In this document: one piece after another, positions 31,779 to 40,247 of the stretch
How the letters are laid out: every line of letters starts with the position of its first letter
Numbering within the stretch: position 1 is the first letter of the stretch
From: an uncultured delta proteobacterium
GTDB lineage: Bacteria > Desulfobacterota > Binatia > UBA9968
Length of the DNA: 64,000 bases
NCBI GenBank assembly: GCA_963727625.1
Contig: CAVSHR010000011.1
Location: 32,001-96,000, forward strand
Direction: 5' to 3'
Program-made: the position numbers and the translations under genes
Notes under the pieces: model-generated
Databases searched by the model: none
Told to the model about the DNA's origin: nothing
What the model saw: the letters and a program-made list of their open reading frames with translations, nothing else

Positions 31779-32174
31779 TTAATTTTCCTTCGCGAACGAG
31801 AGCTCCCAGCGGTTGCCGTCGGGGTCGAAGACGTTGATCGAGTAGCTCACGCCGTCGCGATGCTGGCGTACCTTCTCAATATTTGCGCCGATTTGCTTGA
31901 GCGAGCCTAAAGCCTTTTCTTGTTCCTGCCATGGGATATTCAGCGTGTGATGCGGGTCCACTTCGCGCGGCTTGATCGATGCATCGAATAGATGCACCTC
32001 GAAGTTGCCCAGGCGAACATCGACTTCCTTCACTTGCCCGGCTTTTTTTTGTTCCTCGGTCGGCTCGACCTTTTTGACGATCTGTCCGCCGATCACTTTG
32101 GTATAAAATTCCACCGCCTTGTCGAGATCCTTGGCGCTGGTGGCGAAGGTTCGGATTCCTTTGATATCGAACAT
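31779..32174 (-). CDS. VOC/glyoxalase family protein
   Basis: DLDKAVEFYTKVIG and DPDGNRWEL motifs; AGGAGG RBS. Confidence 0.88.
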   Translation of the reverse strand: MFDIKGIRTFATSAKDLDKAVEFYTKVIGGQIVKKVEPTEEQKKAGQVKEVDVRLGNFEVHLFDASIKPREVDPHHTLNIPWQEQEKALGSLKQIGANIEKVRQHRDGVSYSINVFDPDGNRWELSFAKEN

Positions 32175-32365
32175 GAGCCTCCTTGAGGAAAAAATGTGGG
32201 TTTGTGAAATCACGCTAGTGCGGGGAAGCGCGTTGTCAAGGCTTCGGCCCTAGACGGCATGAAACGATATCAGATGCATTTGAAAAATCCAGTTTGCTCC
32301 GCGCTGTTTTCGCGCGATGCGACTAAAGGTGTCTTAAAATCGGTATTGTGTCCGCGGAATTACGG

Positions 32366-32418
32366 AATTAACCTCGGAACTAGCCCCCCCGCTCGTTGGC
32401 TGCAGCCGCGAGTTGTGT
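32366..32418 (-). mobile_element. Degenerate/half attC-like site
   Basis: Minus strand just after the 32433 stop: ACACAAC TCGCG GCTGCAGC CAACG ... GTTAATT; left arm attC-like, right arm decayed. Confidence 0.35.
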
Positions 32419-32432
32419 CTCAGCGGCGACGA

Positions 32433-33260
32433 TTAGCGATCTTTCCACCCGTTCGGGAGAATCACCTCAAGAAAAGTTCGCTGGTAGAGATCTGAGTGCC
32501 GAAAAGGCCCAGCGTACCCGAGGCTTTTTGCAACTGTTTCTCTTTCGATTCTCTCGAACGGAGCCAGCCTCGGATCGAATGATACTTCCTCAAAGACTTC
32601 ATTCGGCTCAATCGGAAGTCGAATCTGACCCTCCGCGTTGATGCCTCGTTCATCGACGCACATGAGACGGATCTCGGCTTCGTGCGCAAATGCTGTGCGC
32701 TTGAGCAGTAGCAAGTCGGCACGGAGATGGCCGCGGCCGACAGCGGCGGGCCCGTGGCGGTCAATCAAGTTGGCTGCGTACTGCAGAATCTGGTCGCGTG
32801 TTCCGTAACGCACTGCGCCGAGGTAGCAGGAAACACCTTCTAGAGTAGCTGCCCAAGATCGAGCGGCTCCAATCAATTTCCGCGGCGAAGTGCGCACGCG
32901 AACACCCTCGTGACGTGGGTCTGTATTGCGGCCGAAATGAGTATCCTTGTTCACGCGCGAATAGGCCCGTAGTAGCGTGTCTGACTCCTGAGTTCTCGAC
33001 CAGCACTGCGCATATACCGGCAAGAGGAATGTTTCGAGCGACTGTTGCCGCCAAGGCGTGGTACGCTGGTCAACCATCATTATGCTCGACGCCAAGATCT
33101 CGAATGGATCTTCCCACTGCTGTGGTGCCACGAGTACCAATTGGCGCAATCGAAGCGCCTCTTCGAAATACCAAAGAGGGAAGATTCGATATACAGGTCC
33201 ATCGGGGTGCTCGATCCCAAGTAGCCCCTCGATAATGGACGGTGTGGTGTTATCAGCCAT
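32433..33260 (-). CDS. DUF2971-like protein (cassette gene)
   Basis: VYR, WEDPFE, CWS..ESD....YS, KR-x-AF-x-HE-x-E-x-R motifs; ATG 33260 lies just downstream of a GTTGGGC core site. Confidence 0.7.
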   Translation of the reverse strand: MADNTTPSIIEGLLGIEHPDGPVYRIFPLWYFEEALRLRQLVLVAPQQWEDPFEILASSIMMVDQRTTPWRQQSLETFLLPVYAQCWSRTQESDTLLRAYSRVNKDTHFGRNTDPRHEGVRVRTSPRKLIGAARSWAATLEGVSCYLGAVRYGTRDQILQYAANLIDRHGPAAVGRGHLRADLLLLKRTAFAHEAEIRLMCVDERGINAEGQIRLPIEPNEVFEEVSFDPRLAPFERIERETVAKSLGYAGPFRHSDLYQRTFLEVILPNGWKDR

Positions 33261-33275
33261 AAGAAGTGTGTCGCA

Positions 33276-33333
33276 GCCCAACGCCACGCTCAGCAGGCGC
33301 TCATAGCGATCGGGCTGACGCGAATGATTAGTG
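33276..33333 (-). mobile_element. attC-like site (58 bp)
   Basis: Minus strand: CACTAAT cattc GCGTCAGC ...GCTGAGC gtggc GTTGGGC; L''/L' complementary with one extra base, 5-nt spacers, R' fits GTTRRRY. Confidence 0.65.
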
Positions 33334-33367
33334 CCAAAACTTCAGAATGTACACCTTTTTCGTCCTC

Positions 33368-33973
33368 TTACTCTGGGGTCAGGGATGCAGCGCTCATTCG
33401 TTCTAGGACCCCTTCGACCAGATCCTTGCGGTTCGCCATAGAAAAAATTTCGGACGCGGCAAGCAGCGCAATGGCGCTGGAGGAATTGATCACCTCCAAC
33501 ATCTCACCTTCGGAGTAGTTCGCTGTTATCTGACCCGGAGTCATTCGGCGTACCGCTTGCAAGTAACCGCCGTGAGCATAGCTGCACATAGCACTCCAAG
33601 CCTCTTTTTTCACCTTCGAGAGAACACCTACGTCGTAACCACGCTGCGCCTCAATCTCGTCAATCAAGGCGCCAAAAGTCTTCTCATTTATCTTGCCTTT
33701 TGCAAAGTTCTCGACTTCCTTTTCCGATGCACAATGCCAGAGCCATACCCCGCGGACGAAGGTTTCAAACGTTGGGCGAACAAGTGAAAATGCCGATCCA
33801 ACAAATGATTTTTTAAGGAGCAACAAAATGGCTTTGTGGTGCTCGTGAACCTGGTCGAACAGCGCCGCGGCCATGACCTCACGGTCGCCAGAGGGAATCT
33901 CTAGGCCATGGATTGAGCTATCGATCCAGTTCGAAAGATCGGCGGAACGTGCCAGTGCGGGTTGGATGGTCAT
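33368..33973 (-). CDS. DUF6988/DUF5677-like all-helical protein (cassette gene)
   Basis: LVRPTFETFVRGVWL and MCSYAHGG motifs; lower GC; bounded by attC-like sites. Confidence 0.65.
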   Translation of the reverse strand: MTIQPALARSADLSNWIDSSIHGLEIPSGDREVMAAALFDQVHEHHKAILLLLKKSFVGSAFSLVRPTFETFVRGVWLWHCASEKEVENFAKGKINEKTFGALIDEIEAQRGYDVGVLSKVKKEAWSAMCSYAHGGYLQAVRRMTPGQITANYSEGEMLEVINSSSAIALLAASEIFSMANRKDLVEGVLERMSAASLTPE

Positions 33974-33983
33974 ATTCTGACAA

Positions 33984-34064
33984 GCTTAACGTGAAGACTG
34001 AACGGACGGGGTCCGCGAGCGTATTGAGCGGGTCTGAAGATCCGTTTCAAGCCGCTTGTTCGAC
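33984..34064 (-). mobile_element. attC-like site (81 bp)
   Basis: Minus strand: GTCGAAC aagcg GCTTGAAA CGGA...TCCG TTCAGTC ttcac GTTAAGC, starting 1 nt after a TAA stop. Confidence 0.7.
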
Positions 34065-34065
34065 T

Positions 34066-34751
34066 TTATTTCTTGGCCTGCTGTTTAGCCAGTCGACTCT
34101 TAAACTCCTCATACCGATCCGTGAGATCGTATATGTATTCTATGATTGCATTTACGAACGCTTGAAGATCCTCGGCATCTTGCCGTGAAATTGCGATATC
34201 CTCTGGGTGTTCCGCAATAATCCGAAACCAGTGCAATTTGACTCCAAAATCAAAAAACGCCCGTCCATATGGTTGCCCCTTTCAGCTACCGAAATCCTTC
34301 TAGCATTATTTCTTCGTCTGAGCACAAGGCCTCGGCGTCTAAGGTGCGAAACGGCGGGGAATCAAAACATCGCGACAACACTTCGATTGCGGCGCAAGAT
34401 GACGCACGAGGCGGTGCAGGCGCCAGCCTGTAGGCTCTTGTCGGCTTCTAATAACGAGTCCGTCACGACTCGTGGAATCCGCCAACTTGAGAAGGTTCGC
34501 GAAGGTTTGGGATGGATGCGAACAATGTCAGACATTGGTCTTCAGTGGGCATTATGTCCTTCAAAATTTATTTGATGAGACTCCCCAGCGAGAAGCGTTC
34601 CGCAGCTTGGGCACTTGCCGACGTAAAGGCGATTACCATATGGTTCTCGGGCCTCATCGTCGAAACCGCCATTCTCGGCCAACCCCGTTCTCTCTGCGGC
34701 TACTTTAGCCTTGCACCACGGGCAGTCGATAATGAATGTCTTAGTGTTCAT
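34066..34751 (-). pseudogene. DUF4145-like (HEPN-related) protein with N-terminal Zn ribbon, disrupted
   Basis: Fragments MNTKTFIIDCPWC...KCPSC; SDIVRIHPKP..IPRVVTDSLLEADKSLQAGACTASCVILRR; AEHPEDIAISRQDAEDLQAFVNAIIEYIYDLTDRYEEFKSR..* separated by a stop and frameshifts. Confidence 0.7.
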
Positions 34752-34787
34752 ATTATGTATTCTATGTCCAAGCGCGGTGTCAGACTT

Positions 34788-34815
34788 GCCTAACTCTACT
34801 AACTGTTTTGTCACT
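34788..34815 (-). mobile_element. Integron-type core site GTTAGGC with attI-like context
   Basis: Minus strand GTGACAAAACAGTTAGTAGA-GTTAGGC at the 5' end of the DUF4145 cassette; no inverse core or palindrome upstream. Confidence 0.4.
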
Positions 34816-34909
34816 GCCAAGCTCGGCTATGGAGCATGATAAAGCTCCAACATCCGGGGCGTGAATTGTACGCAAGCCGCGCGGGCAGAGAAAACGGAAT
34901 CTCATTTTT

Positions 34910-35183
34910 CTACCCGCCGCTGCCGTAAGGCCTCGTAAGAATCTCGAGGGTCCTCGAAATACACGCCGCGGCCGCCGTCGTTCCGGTTGATTTCGCCGGG
35001 GCGTTTTCTGTTGGGGTCGGCCCAGCAATGAAGGCCTCGGTCGCGGACGCGGGCGAAGATCTGGTCGAACTCTTCTTCGCTGATCAAGAAGGCGTCGTGC
35101 TCCGCCGAAATCTTGCCGTCGTTTTCGCAGAAAACGATGGAGACGTTCTTATTGAGCGGGACGACGAGCATCGGTGCCGAACG
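34910..35183 (-). pseudogene. 5'-truncated, frameshifted duplicate of the VOC gene at 37905..38288
   Basis: PMLVVPL..AFLISEEEFDQIF-x-RVRDRGL-x-x-WADP-x-RKRPGEI..NDGGRG-x-YFED, then a ~14-nt deletion; LEILTRPYGSGG* continues in another frame. Confidence 0.85.
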
Positions 35184-35184
35184 T

Positions 35185-35940
35185 CTAAACAGAACCGAGC
35201 CGATGCGCCCGAAGGAAGGAACGTATCTGGCGCACCGCCAGGGGAATCCGCTCCTTCGGCTCCTTCCAGGGGAACATGCTGACTTCCGCGTTCGGCGCGA
35301 GCATCGCAGCTTCCATGGCGACGGCATACGGATGCGGTTTTGTATCATCTGGCAGAATCAGTACGGGCGTCCGGCAATTGCGCACGAAATCCCGTGTCAC
35401 GGTCTAGACGAAATCTGCGTCGGTGCGGTACATTTTGGTCAGAAATTTGTCGACCATCTCCATCGTGATGTCCGGCCGGCGCTTGACTAACTCCGGACCC
35501 CAGCCTTTCATATTGCCGTCGTAGGAGTGGGTGGGCAGCTCAGGGCGGAATCCGCTCGGCTGCGCCAGCACGGCCGCGACAATACGATCGGGTGCCCGCT
35601 TCAGCAGGTTCCAAATCAAGGGACCAGCGATGCAGAAGCCCATCACCATGAACTTGTCGATTCCCAAGTGATCCATCACGCCGATATGGTCGTCGGTATA
35701 GGCATCCCAGGGCCGATCGATCTCGAGCGGGCCGGAGGACTGGCCGCCATTGGCGTTGCGCATGTCCGAGAAGATGCAGCGGTACTCTCCCTTGAACTCC
35801 TCGATCGCGTTAAAGGGCACGCCGCGTTTCAAGCCGGCGATCGTCGAATTCAATCCTCCGCCGGGGACGAGTAACAACGGGAAGCCGGAACCGGCCTCCT
35901 CATATTGGATGTGAACGGGGCCTTTTTCGTAGAACGACAT
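35185..35940 (-). pseudogene. Alpha/beta hydrolase interrupted by a single in-frame TAG
   Basis: ORFs 35404..35940 and 35185..35400 are in the same frame: ...MYRTDADFV(TAG)TVTRDFVRNCRTPVLILPDD..HPY; GFCIAG elbow. Confidence 0.82.
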
Positions 35941-36063
35941 GGCAGTTCCTCGCTGTCTAGTTTATTGATTTAACACTCGCCGCGCTGTAACCATCGCTGT
36001 TACGGCGGCACCGTATTTTGCGTCTAATCGGATCCACCATCCGAGTCCTCCTAACTTTCGGCC

Positions 36064-36136
36064 GGATAACGCCCGCGCTCACCGGCGCCAAGGGAGCGAA
36101 GCGCCCGAGGGCGTCCGGTGGAGCGCACAGTAGGAC
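36064..36136 (-). mobile_element. attC-like site (73 bp)
   Basis: Minus strand: GTCCTAC tgtgc GCTCCACC GGACGCC...GGCG CC GGTGAGC gcgggc GTTATCC; canonical L''/L' with an extra C; 4 nt after the HEPN gene stop. Confidence 0.75.
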
Positions 36137-36140
36137 GAGC

Positions 36141-37019
36141 TCATAGTGGGTCCGCACCAAAGAGCTTTGCTTCAAGCTCTGTATGCGTTGGCACACGGTT
36201 GTCTTCGATCATCTTGATGAGGGCGCGACGGGCCAAGGCGTAGGTCTGCTGCAAGGAGTCTGCCTTTTTGTCTTCTCGGCCATGCGCAGCAGCAGACCTG
36301 GAGTCGTACAACTTGGCGATCGCCTTCTGTGTGTTCATTCGGGGAATTCCAGCCGGTTCCAGGAAGCTAGCCAGACCGCTGGAAATGCGATACCTCAACT
36401 CTGCTTTGTCGGGGGAAAAGATGGCTTCAAGGCCGCCCCAGAGGGATAACATGGCAAGGCTTCGATGCCGGACGAACATGCTCTGGTCGGTTGCCTCGAG
36501 CAGTACACGAAAGTTATCGTTTGACTGGTACAGGTTTGAAGCCTCCGCCCAGTGCTTTGCTACCCACGCTGCGTCGGTCTCTGAAATGTTTCGCCTTGCT
36601 TCTGAGTCGAGCACAAGCATCTGTGACTCAACCTCAATTGGGTGATACACAGCTTTGGCATGTTGTTCTTTCGCTTCTTGGAAGGACCGTTCGCCGACCG
36701 TTGGGACAAGGAATGTTGGTCCGACCCGAAGTCGCAGCATGGCCGTGATCCACCAGGCGACGTACATAGGATCGAGCGAAAGAGCCGTGACTGTTGAAGC
36801 GGGGACTTCCAGCTGAACCGTCAAGTCGAAGCCGAGTCCGCCTTTCACTGCAACCCAGGGGCCTGGATGATGGCTCCCCTTGGGTGCTGGAGAGAACGCC
36901 ATCATGAACGGGGCGAATAGATGTGCGTAGGAGTTGCTGAGTTTCACTCCGTAGCCAAGCGCGGCCTCGGGAACATCCAGTGTCACTCCGGCCAAGCCGG
37001 CGAATACTCCCTTGCTCAC
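36141..37019 (-). CDS. HEPN domain protein (ApeA-like), putative RNase; cassette gene
   Basis: LWGGLEAIF...ELRYRIS...LYDSRSAAAHG contains the HEPN RxxxxH motif; GTG start. Confidence 0.8.
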   Translation of the reverse strand: MSKGVFAGLAGVTLDVPEAALGYGVKLSNSYAHLFAPFMMAFSPAPKGSHHPGPWVAVKGGLGFDLTVQLEVPASTVTALSLDPMYVAWWITAMLRLRVGPTFLVPTVGERSFQEAKEQHAKAVYHPIEVESQMLVLDSEARRNISETDAAWVAKHWAEASNLYQSNDNFRVLLEATDQSMFVRHRSLAMLSLWGGLEAIFSPDKAELRYRISSGLASFLEPAGIPRMNTQKAIAKLYDSRSAAAHGREDKKADSLQQTYALARRALIKMIEDNRVPTHTELEAKLFGADPL

Positions 37020-37035
37020 TTCCAGCCTTTAGATC

Positions 37036-37042
37036 GTCCAAC
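37036..37042 (-). mobile_element. Cassette core site GTTGGAC
   Basis: Lies just upstream of the HEPN start; complementary, bar one base, to that cassette's own inverse core GTCCTAC. Confidence 0.55.
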
Positions 37043-37341
37043 TTTTGAGTATACAGGTCTGCCATTACCCTGCTTGGGCGTTTGCATAGCGACGGATTTT
37101 CCTTCAGTTTTCAATCTCTTGTCAAGGATTTTGGCTACGAGATCGCGCCGCAATATACCGGTCTGCGAAAGCTCAATTTACCTGACCGGGATGGAGAATG
37201 GTCTCCCTAAAGCATTGTGGTTGGCGCCAGTTCGGCCGTCTCGGTGTTGTCACGCTCTGGTGCGGTGTCGGACTGTACAATCGAGGTCGATGTAATGGCT
37301 TGCTACAAATTCCCCGGCCGGTCATCCGCTCAATAAGCGAT

Positions 37342-37554
37342 CTACAAATCTTCCGAATTTAAGCCCGTCCGTTTCGCAATTCGGGCAAGCATCCGCGGAC
37401 CAAGTTCTTCGTTATCATGAAAGGCAAAGACAAAATCCGGCCAACCAGGCCGGGAAAGTGTGCGGTGTGAACCGGATTGTCGCTTGATGGCCCAACCGAT
37501 CCGAAGAAGCGCGGCCAATACACGTCTAGCACGTGTGCTGGCCCACTCACTCAT
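37342..37554 (-). CDS. hicA: Type II TA toxin, HicA family
   Basis: GW-x-x-x-RQ-x-GSH catalytic motif and downstream FAFH; ATGA overlap with hicB. Confidence 0.88.
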   Translation of the reverse strand: MSEWASTRARRVLAALLRIGWAIKRQSGSHRTLSRPGWPDFVFAFHDNEELGPRMLARIAKRTGLNSEDL

Positions 37555-37757
37555 GCCGCTGCAAACGAGATGCTGACGAGATTCGGGCCAGCTTCACCAT
37601 GTTCGAGACGGTCAGCTAGGACACGGAGCGCAAGAGCTTGAACCTTTGCCTGAGCCTCGTTCGAAGTGCTTCCGTACGCGAGAACGCCGGCCAGGTCAAC
37701 GACTTCGGCTAGCCAACGACCGTCTTCTTCTTGTTCAATTTCCACGCGGAAGTTCAT
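37551..37757 (-). CDS. hicB: Type II TA antitoxin, short HicB family
   Basis: EQEEDGRWLAEV..L-x-GV-x-x-YG-x-T..EA motif; no DNA-binding C-domain. Confidence 0.88.
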   Translation of the reverse strand: MNFRVEIEQEEDGRWLAEVVDLAGVLAYGSTSNEAQAKVQALALRVLADRLEHGEAGPNLVSISFAAA

Positions 37758-37809
37758 GGACCAATCTTACGCCTTTACTCAGCAGTTGAAAAGGATTGTA
37801 AGTACAGCC

Positions 37810-37876
37810 CTCTAACGCAAAGACTGGGTGGAAGTGGCCCGGACCAGCGAGACCAGTTTCAAGCTGCCTAATTCTA
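37810..37876 (-). mobile_element. Degenerate attC-like site related to 33984..34064
   Basis: Minus strand: tagaatt aggca GCTTGAAA CTGG...CCCAGTC tttgc GTTAGAG; same L'' octamer and CAGTC arm as the 33984 site; inverse core decayed. Confidence 0.5.
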
Positions 37877-37904
37877 CTGATTCTTTTGTCGCCGTCGGCA
37901 TTAT

Positions 37905-38288
37905 CTATCCCCCGCTGCCGTAAGGCTGGGTCAAAATTTCCAGAAAGTGACCGTCGGGGTCTTCGAAATAGATGCCGCGGCCGCCGTCGTTGTGGCTGAT
38001 CTCGCCGGGGCGTTTTCTGTAGGGGTCGGCCCAGTACTTGAGCCCGCGATCGCGGACGCGGCCGAAAATCTGGTCGAACTCTTCTTCGCTGATCAGGAAG
38101 GCGTAGTGCTGCGAGGATATATCGCCGTCGTTATCGTAGAAGTCGATGGAAACATCGTTGTCGAGCGGGACCACCAGCATGGGTCCGAACGGCGTGGCGC
38201 TCGGCAGGCCGAAGATCTCGGTAAAAAAGGTTGCCGACTTCTGTTTGTTTCGACACCAAACTATCGTGTGATTTAGCTGTACACTCAT
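37905..38288 (-). CDS. VOC/glyoxalase (bleomycin resistance-like) protein
   Basis: LNHTIV, QHYAFL and YFEDPDGHFLE motifs. Confidence 0.9.
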   Translation of the reverse strand: MSVQLNHTIVWCRNKQKSATFFTEIFGLPSATPFGPMLVVPLDNDVSIDFYDNDGDISSQHYAFLISEEEFDQIFGRVRDRGLKYWADPYRKRPGEISHNDGGRGIYFEDPDGHFLEILTQPYGSGG

Positions 38289-38557
38289 TTTAGAGTTCTC
38301 CTTACCGGGCGTCGTATGCGTTTATTATCGGCTTGGCAACGCCGCCGCTTAGAAGGCACTCTATCAGTTTCCTGACGCGCCGTTAATCGGGTCTTGCCGC
38401 GGCTGCTGAATGCAAAGCAAATTCCTCGCTGCGCTCGGAATGACAGCCCTGAATTTCGCCGTTTTCAAAGACAGCCGCAGTGGCGTGGCGTCTTGCTCTC
38501 GTTTGATGTAAGAAGGCGGGCAGTGAAACATTACCGAATCCCAGGGGAGGAATAGCT

Positions 38558-40216
38558 ATGATCGCCGGCCATGCAGTCGCTCAGTGTCTTCGCAACGAGG
38601 GTGTGCGCCATGTATTCTGCGTGCCGGGCGAGAGCTATGTCGCCGTGCTCGACGGACTCTATACGACGCCGGAAATTCAGGTAATCACCAATCGCCAGGA
38701 AGGCGGCGCCTGCTTCATGGCCGAGGGCTACGCCAAGGCGACGCGCAAGCCCGGCGTGTGCATCGTCACGCGCGGGCCGGGGGCGACTAACGCGAGCATC
38801 GCGGTGCACAGCGCCAAATACGATTCGGTGCCGCTGGTCTTGCTGGTCGGACAGGTGGCGCGCTCGGCGCGCGGGCGCGAAGCGGGGCAGGAGATCGACT
38901 ACACGCATTTTTTCGGCACCATCGCCAAATGGGTGATCGAGATCAACGACGCCAGGCAGGTGCCGCGGATCATGGCGCGGGCGTTTCACATCGCGCGCAG
39001 CGGCCGTCCGGGCCCGGTGGTCGTCTCCTTGCCGCGCGACATGCTCGAGGAGGATGCGAACATCTCGATGATCGATCCCTATCCAATGTTACGCGTCGAG
39101 CCCGATCCCAAGGCGATGCAAGAAATCGTCGAGCGCATCAACGCGGCGAAGAAGCCGGTGTTGATCGCCGGCTCGGGCACGCAGTATTCCGACGCGCGCC
39201 AGGAGCTGATCGACTTCTCGGAGAAGTTTCATATTCCGGTGCTGACGTCGTACAAACGCCAGGACGCGTTCCCCAACAGCCATCCGAACTACATCGGCAA
39301 CCTGGCCAACGCCAACAAGCACACGCGCAACCTGGTCGCGAACGAGGCGGATTTAGTCGTCGTTATCGGCAGTCGACTGAACCAGCAGACAACTGCAAGT
39401 TTCGCTTTTCCCAAACCCGGACAGCCGTTTATTCAGATCTATCCCGATGAGCAAACCATCGGCCATAACCTGCGCCCCGACTCGGGCATCGTCGCCGACG
39501 CGAAAATGGCGCTGGCCGCGGCGCTCAAATTCCCGGGACCGCGGCCGAACGAGAGCCGCGCCGGTTGGATCGCGGAACATCATGCCGCGCAAAAACGCTA
39601 CGCCACACCGGCCGAGCGCCCGACGCGGCGCGTGTCGATGGAGCGGGTGCTGGTCGATCTCAAAGCCGCGCTGCCGCCGGACGCGATTACGACAACCGAC
39701 GCCGGTAGCTTCGGTCAGTGGCACCAGCGCTACTTGGAATTTGACCACGCGGATTCCTACATCTCGCCAAGCTTGGGCTGCATGGGGCCGGGAGTGCCCT
39801 CGGCCGTGGCGGCGAAGCTCGCCCATCCAGAGCGGTTGGTCGTGACCCATGCCGGCGACGGCGGTTTCCTCATGACCGGGCAGGAGATGGCGACGGCAAA
39901 ACAATACGATGCCGACATCATTGCCATCGTCTACAACAACGAAGGCTACAACTCGATCCGCATGCACCAGGTAGCGCAGTATCCCGGCCGCCCTTGCGGC
40001 AACGATCTGGTCAATCCGGATTTCGCCGGGCTCGGCACGGCCTACGGTGCTCTGGGATTGAAAGTGAATCGCGACGAGGAATTCCTGCCTGCGCTCAAGC
40101 AAGCGATGGCAGCGAACAGGTCGGCGTTGATCGAGGTATCGACCGACATGGAATACGTCACACCGACGGCAACGCTGACCGAGCTTTCGGGAAAGCCGCT
40201 GCAGGGCGGGGATTAA
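38558..40216 (+). CDS. Thiamine diphosphate-dependent enzyme (acetolactate synthase-like)
   Basis: VPGES, RQEGGA, TRGPGATN and GDGG...NN ThDP-binding motif. Confidence 0.92.
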   Translation: MIAGHAVAQCLRNEGVRHVFCVPGESYVAVLDGLYTTPEIQVITNRQEGGACFMAEGYAKATRKPGVCIVTRGPGATNASIAVHSAKYDSVPLVLLVGQVARSARGREAGQEIDYTHFFGTIAKWVIEINDARQVPRIMARAFHIARSGRPGPVVVSLPRDMLEEDANISMIDPYPMLRVEPDPKAMQEIVERINAAKKPVLIAGSGTQYSDARQELIDFSEKFHIPVLTSYKRQDAFPNSHPNYIGNLANANKHTRNLVANEADLVVVIGSRLNQQTTASFAFPKPGQPFIQIYPDEQTIGHNLRPDSGIVADAKMALAAALKFPGPRPNESRAGWIAEHHAAQKRYATPAERPTRRVSMERVLVDLKAALPPDAITTTDAGSFGQWHQRYLEFDHADSYISPSLGCMGPGVPSAVAAKLAHPERLVVTHAGDGGFLMTGQEMATAKQYDADIIAIVYNNEGYNSIRMHQVAQYPGRPCGNDLVNPDFAGLGTAYGALGLKVNRDEEFLPALKQAMAANRSALIEVSTDMEYVTPTATLTELSGKPLQGGD

Positions 40217-40247
40217 GAAAAAGGGCGCTGGATTTTGTTCGTCGATG

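Noticed and set aside
34542-34544. In-frame TGA in the DUF4145-like gene as a third selenocysteine
   Set aside because: No SECIS-like hairpin or redox motif; better explained by two nearby compensating indels, and the gene has further frameshifts.
34902-35348. 148-aa ORF as a real gene
   Set aside because: Chimera of an off-frame part of the hydrolase 3' end and the VOC pseudogene.
37270-37341. attC downstream of hicA
   Set aside because: Only a faint resemblance (GCTTAT..GAGCGGA) without matching L'/R' arms.
32200-38500. Complete integron, prophage or IS element
   Set aside because: No tyrosine recombinase, transposase or phage genes are visible in the window.
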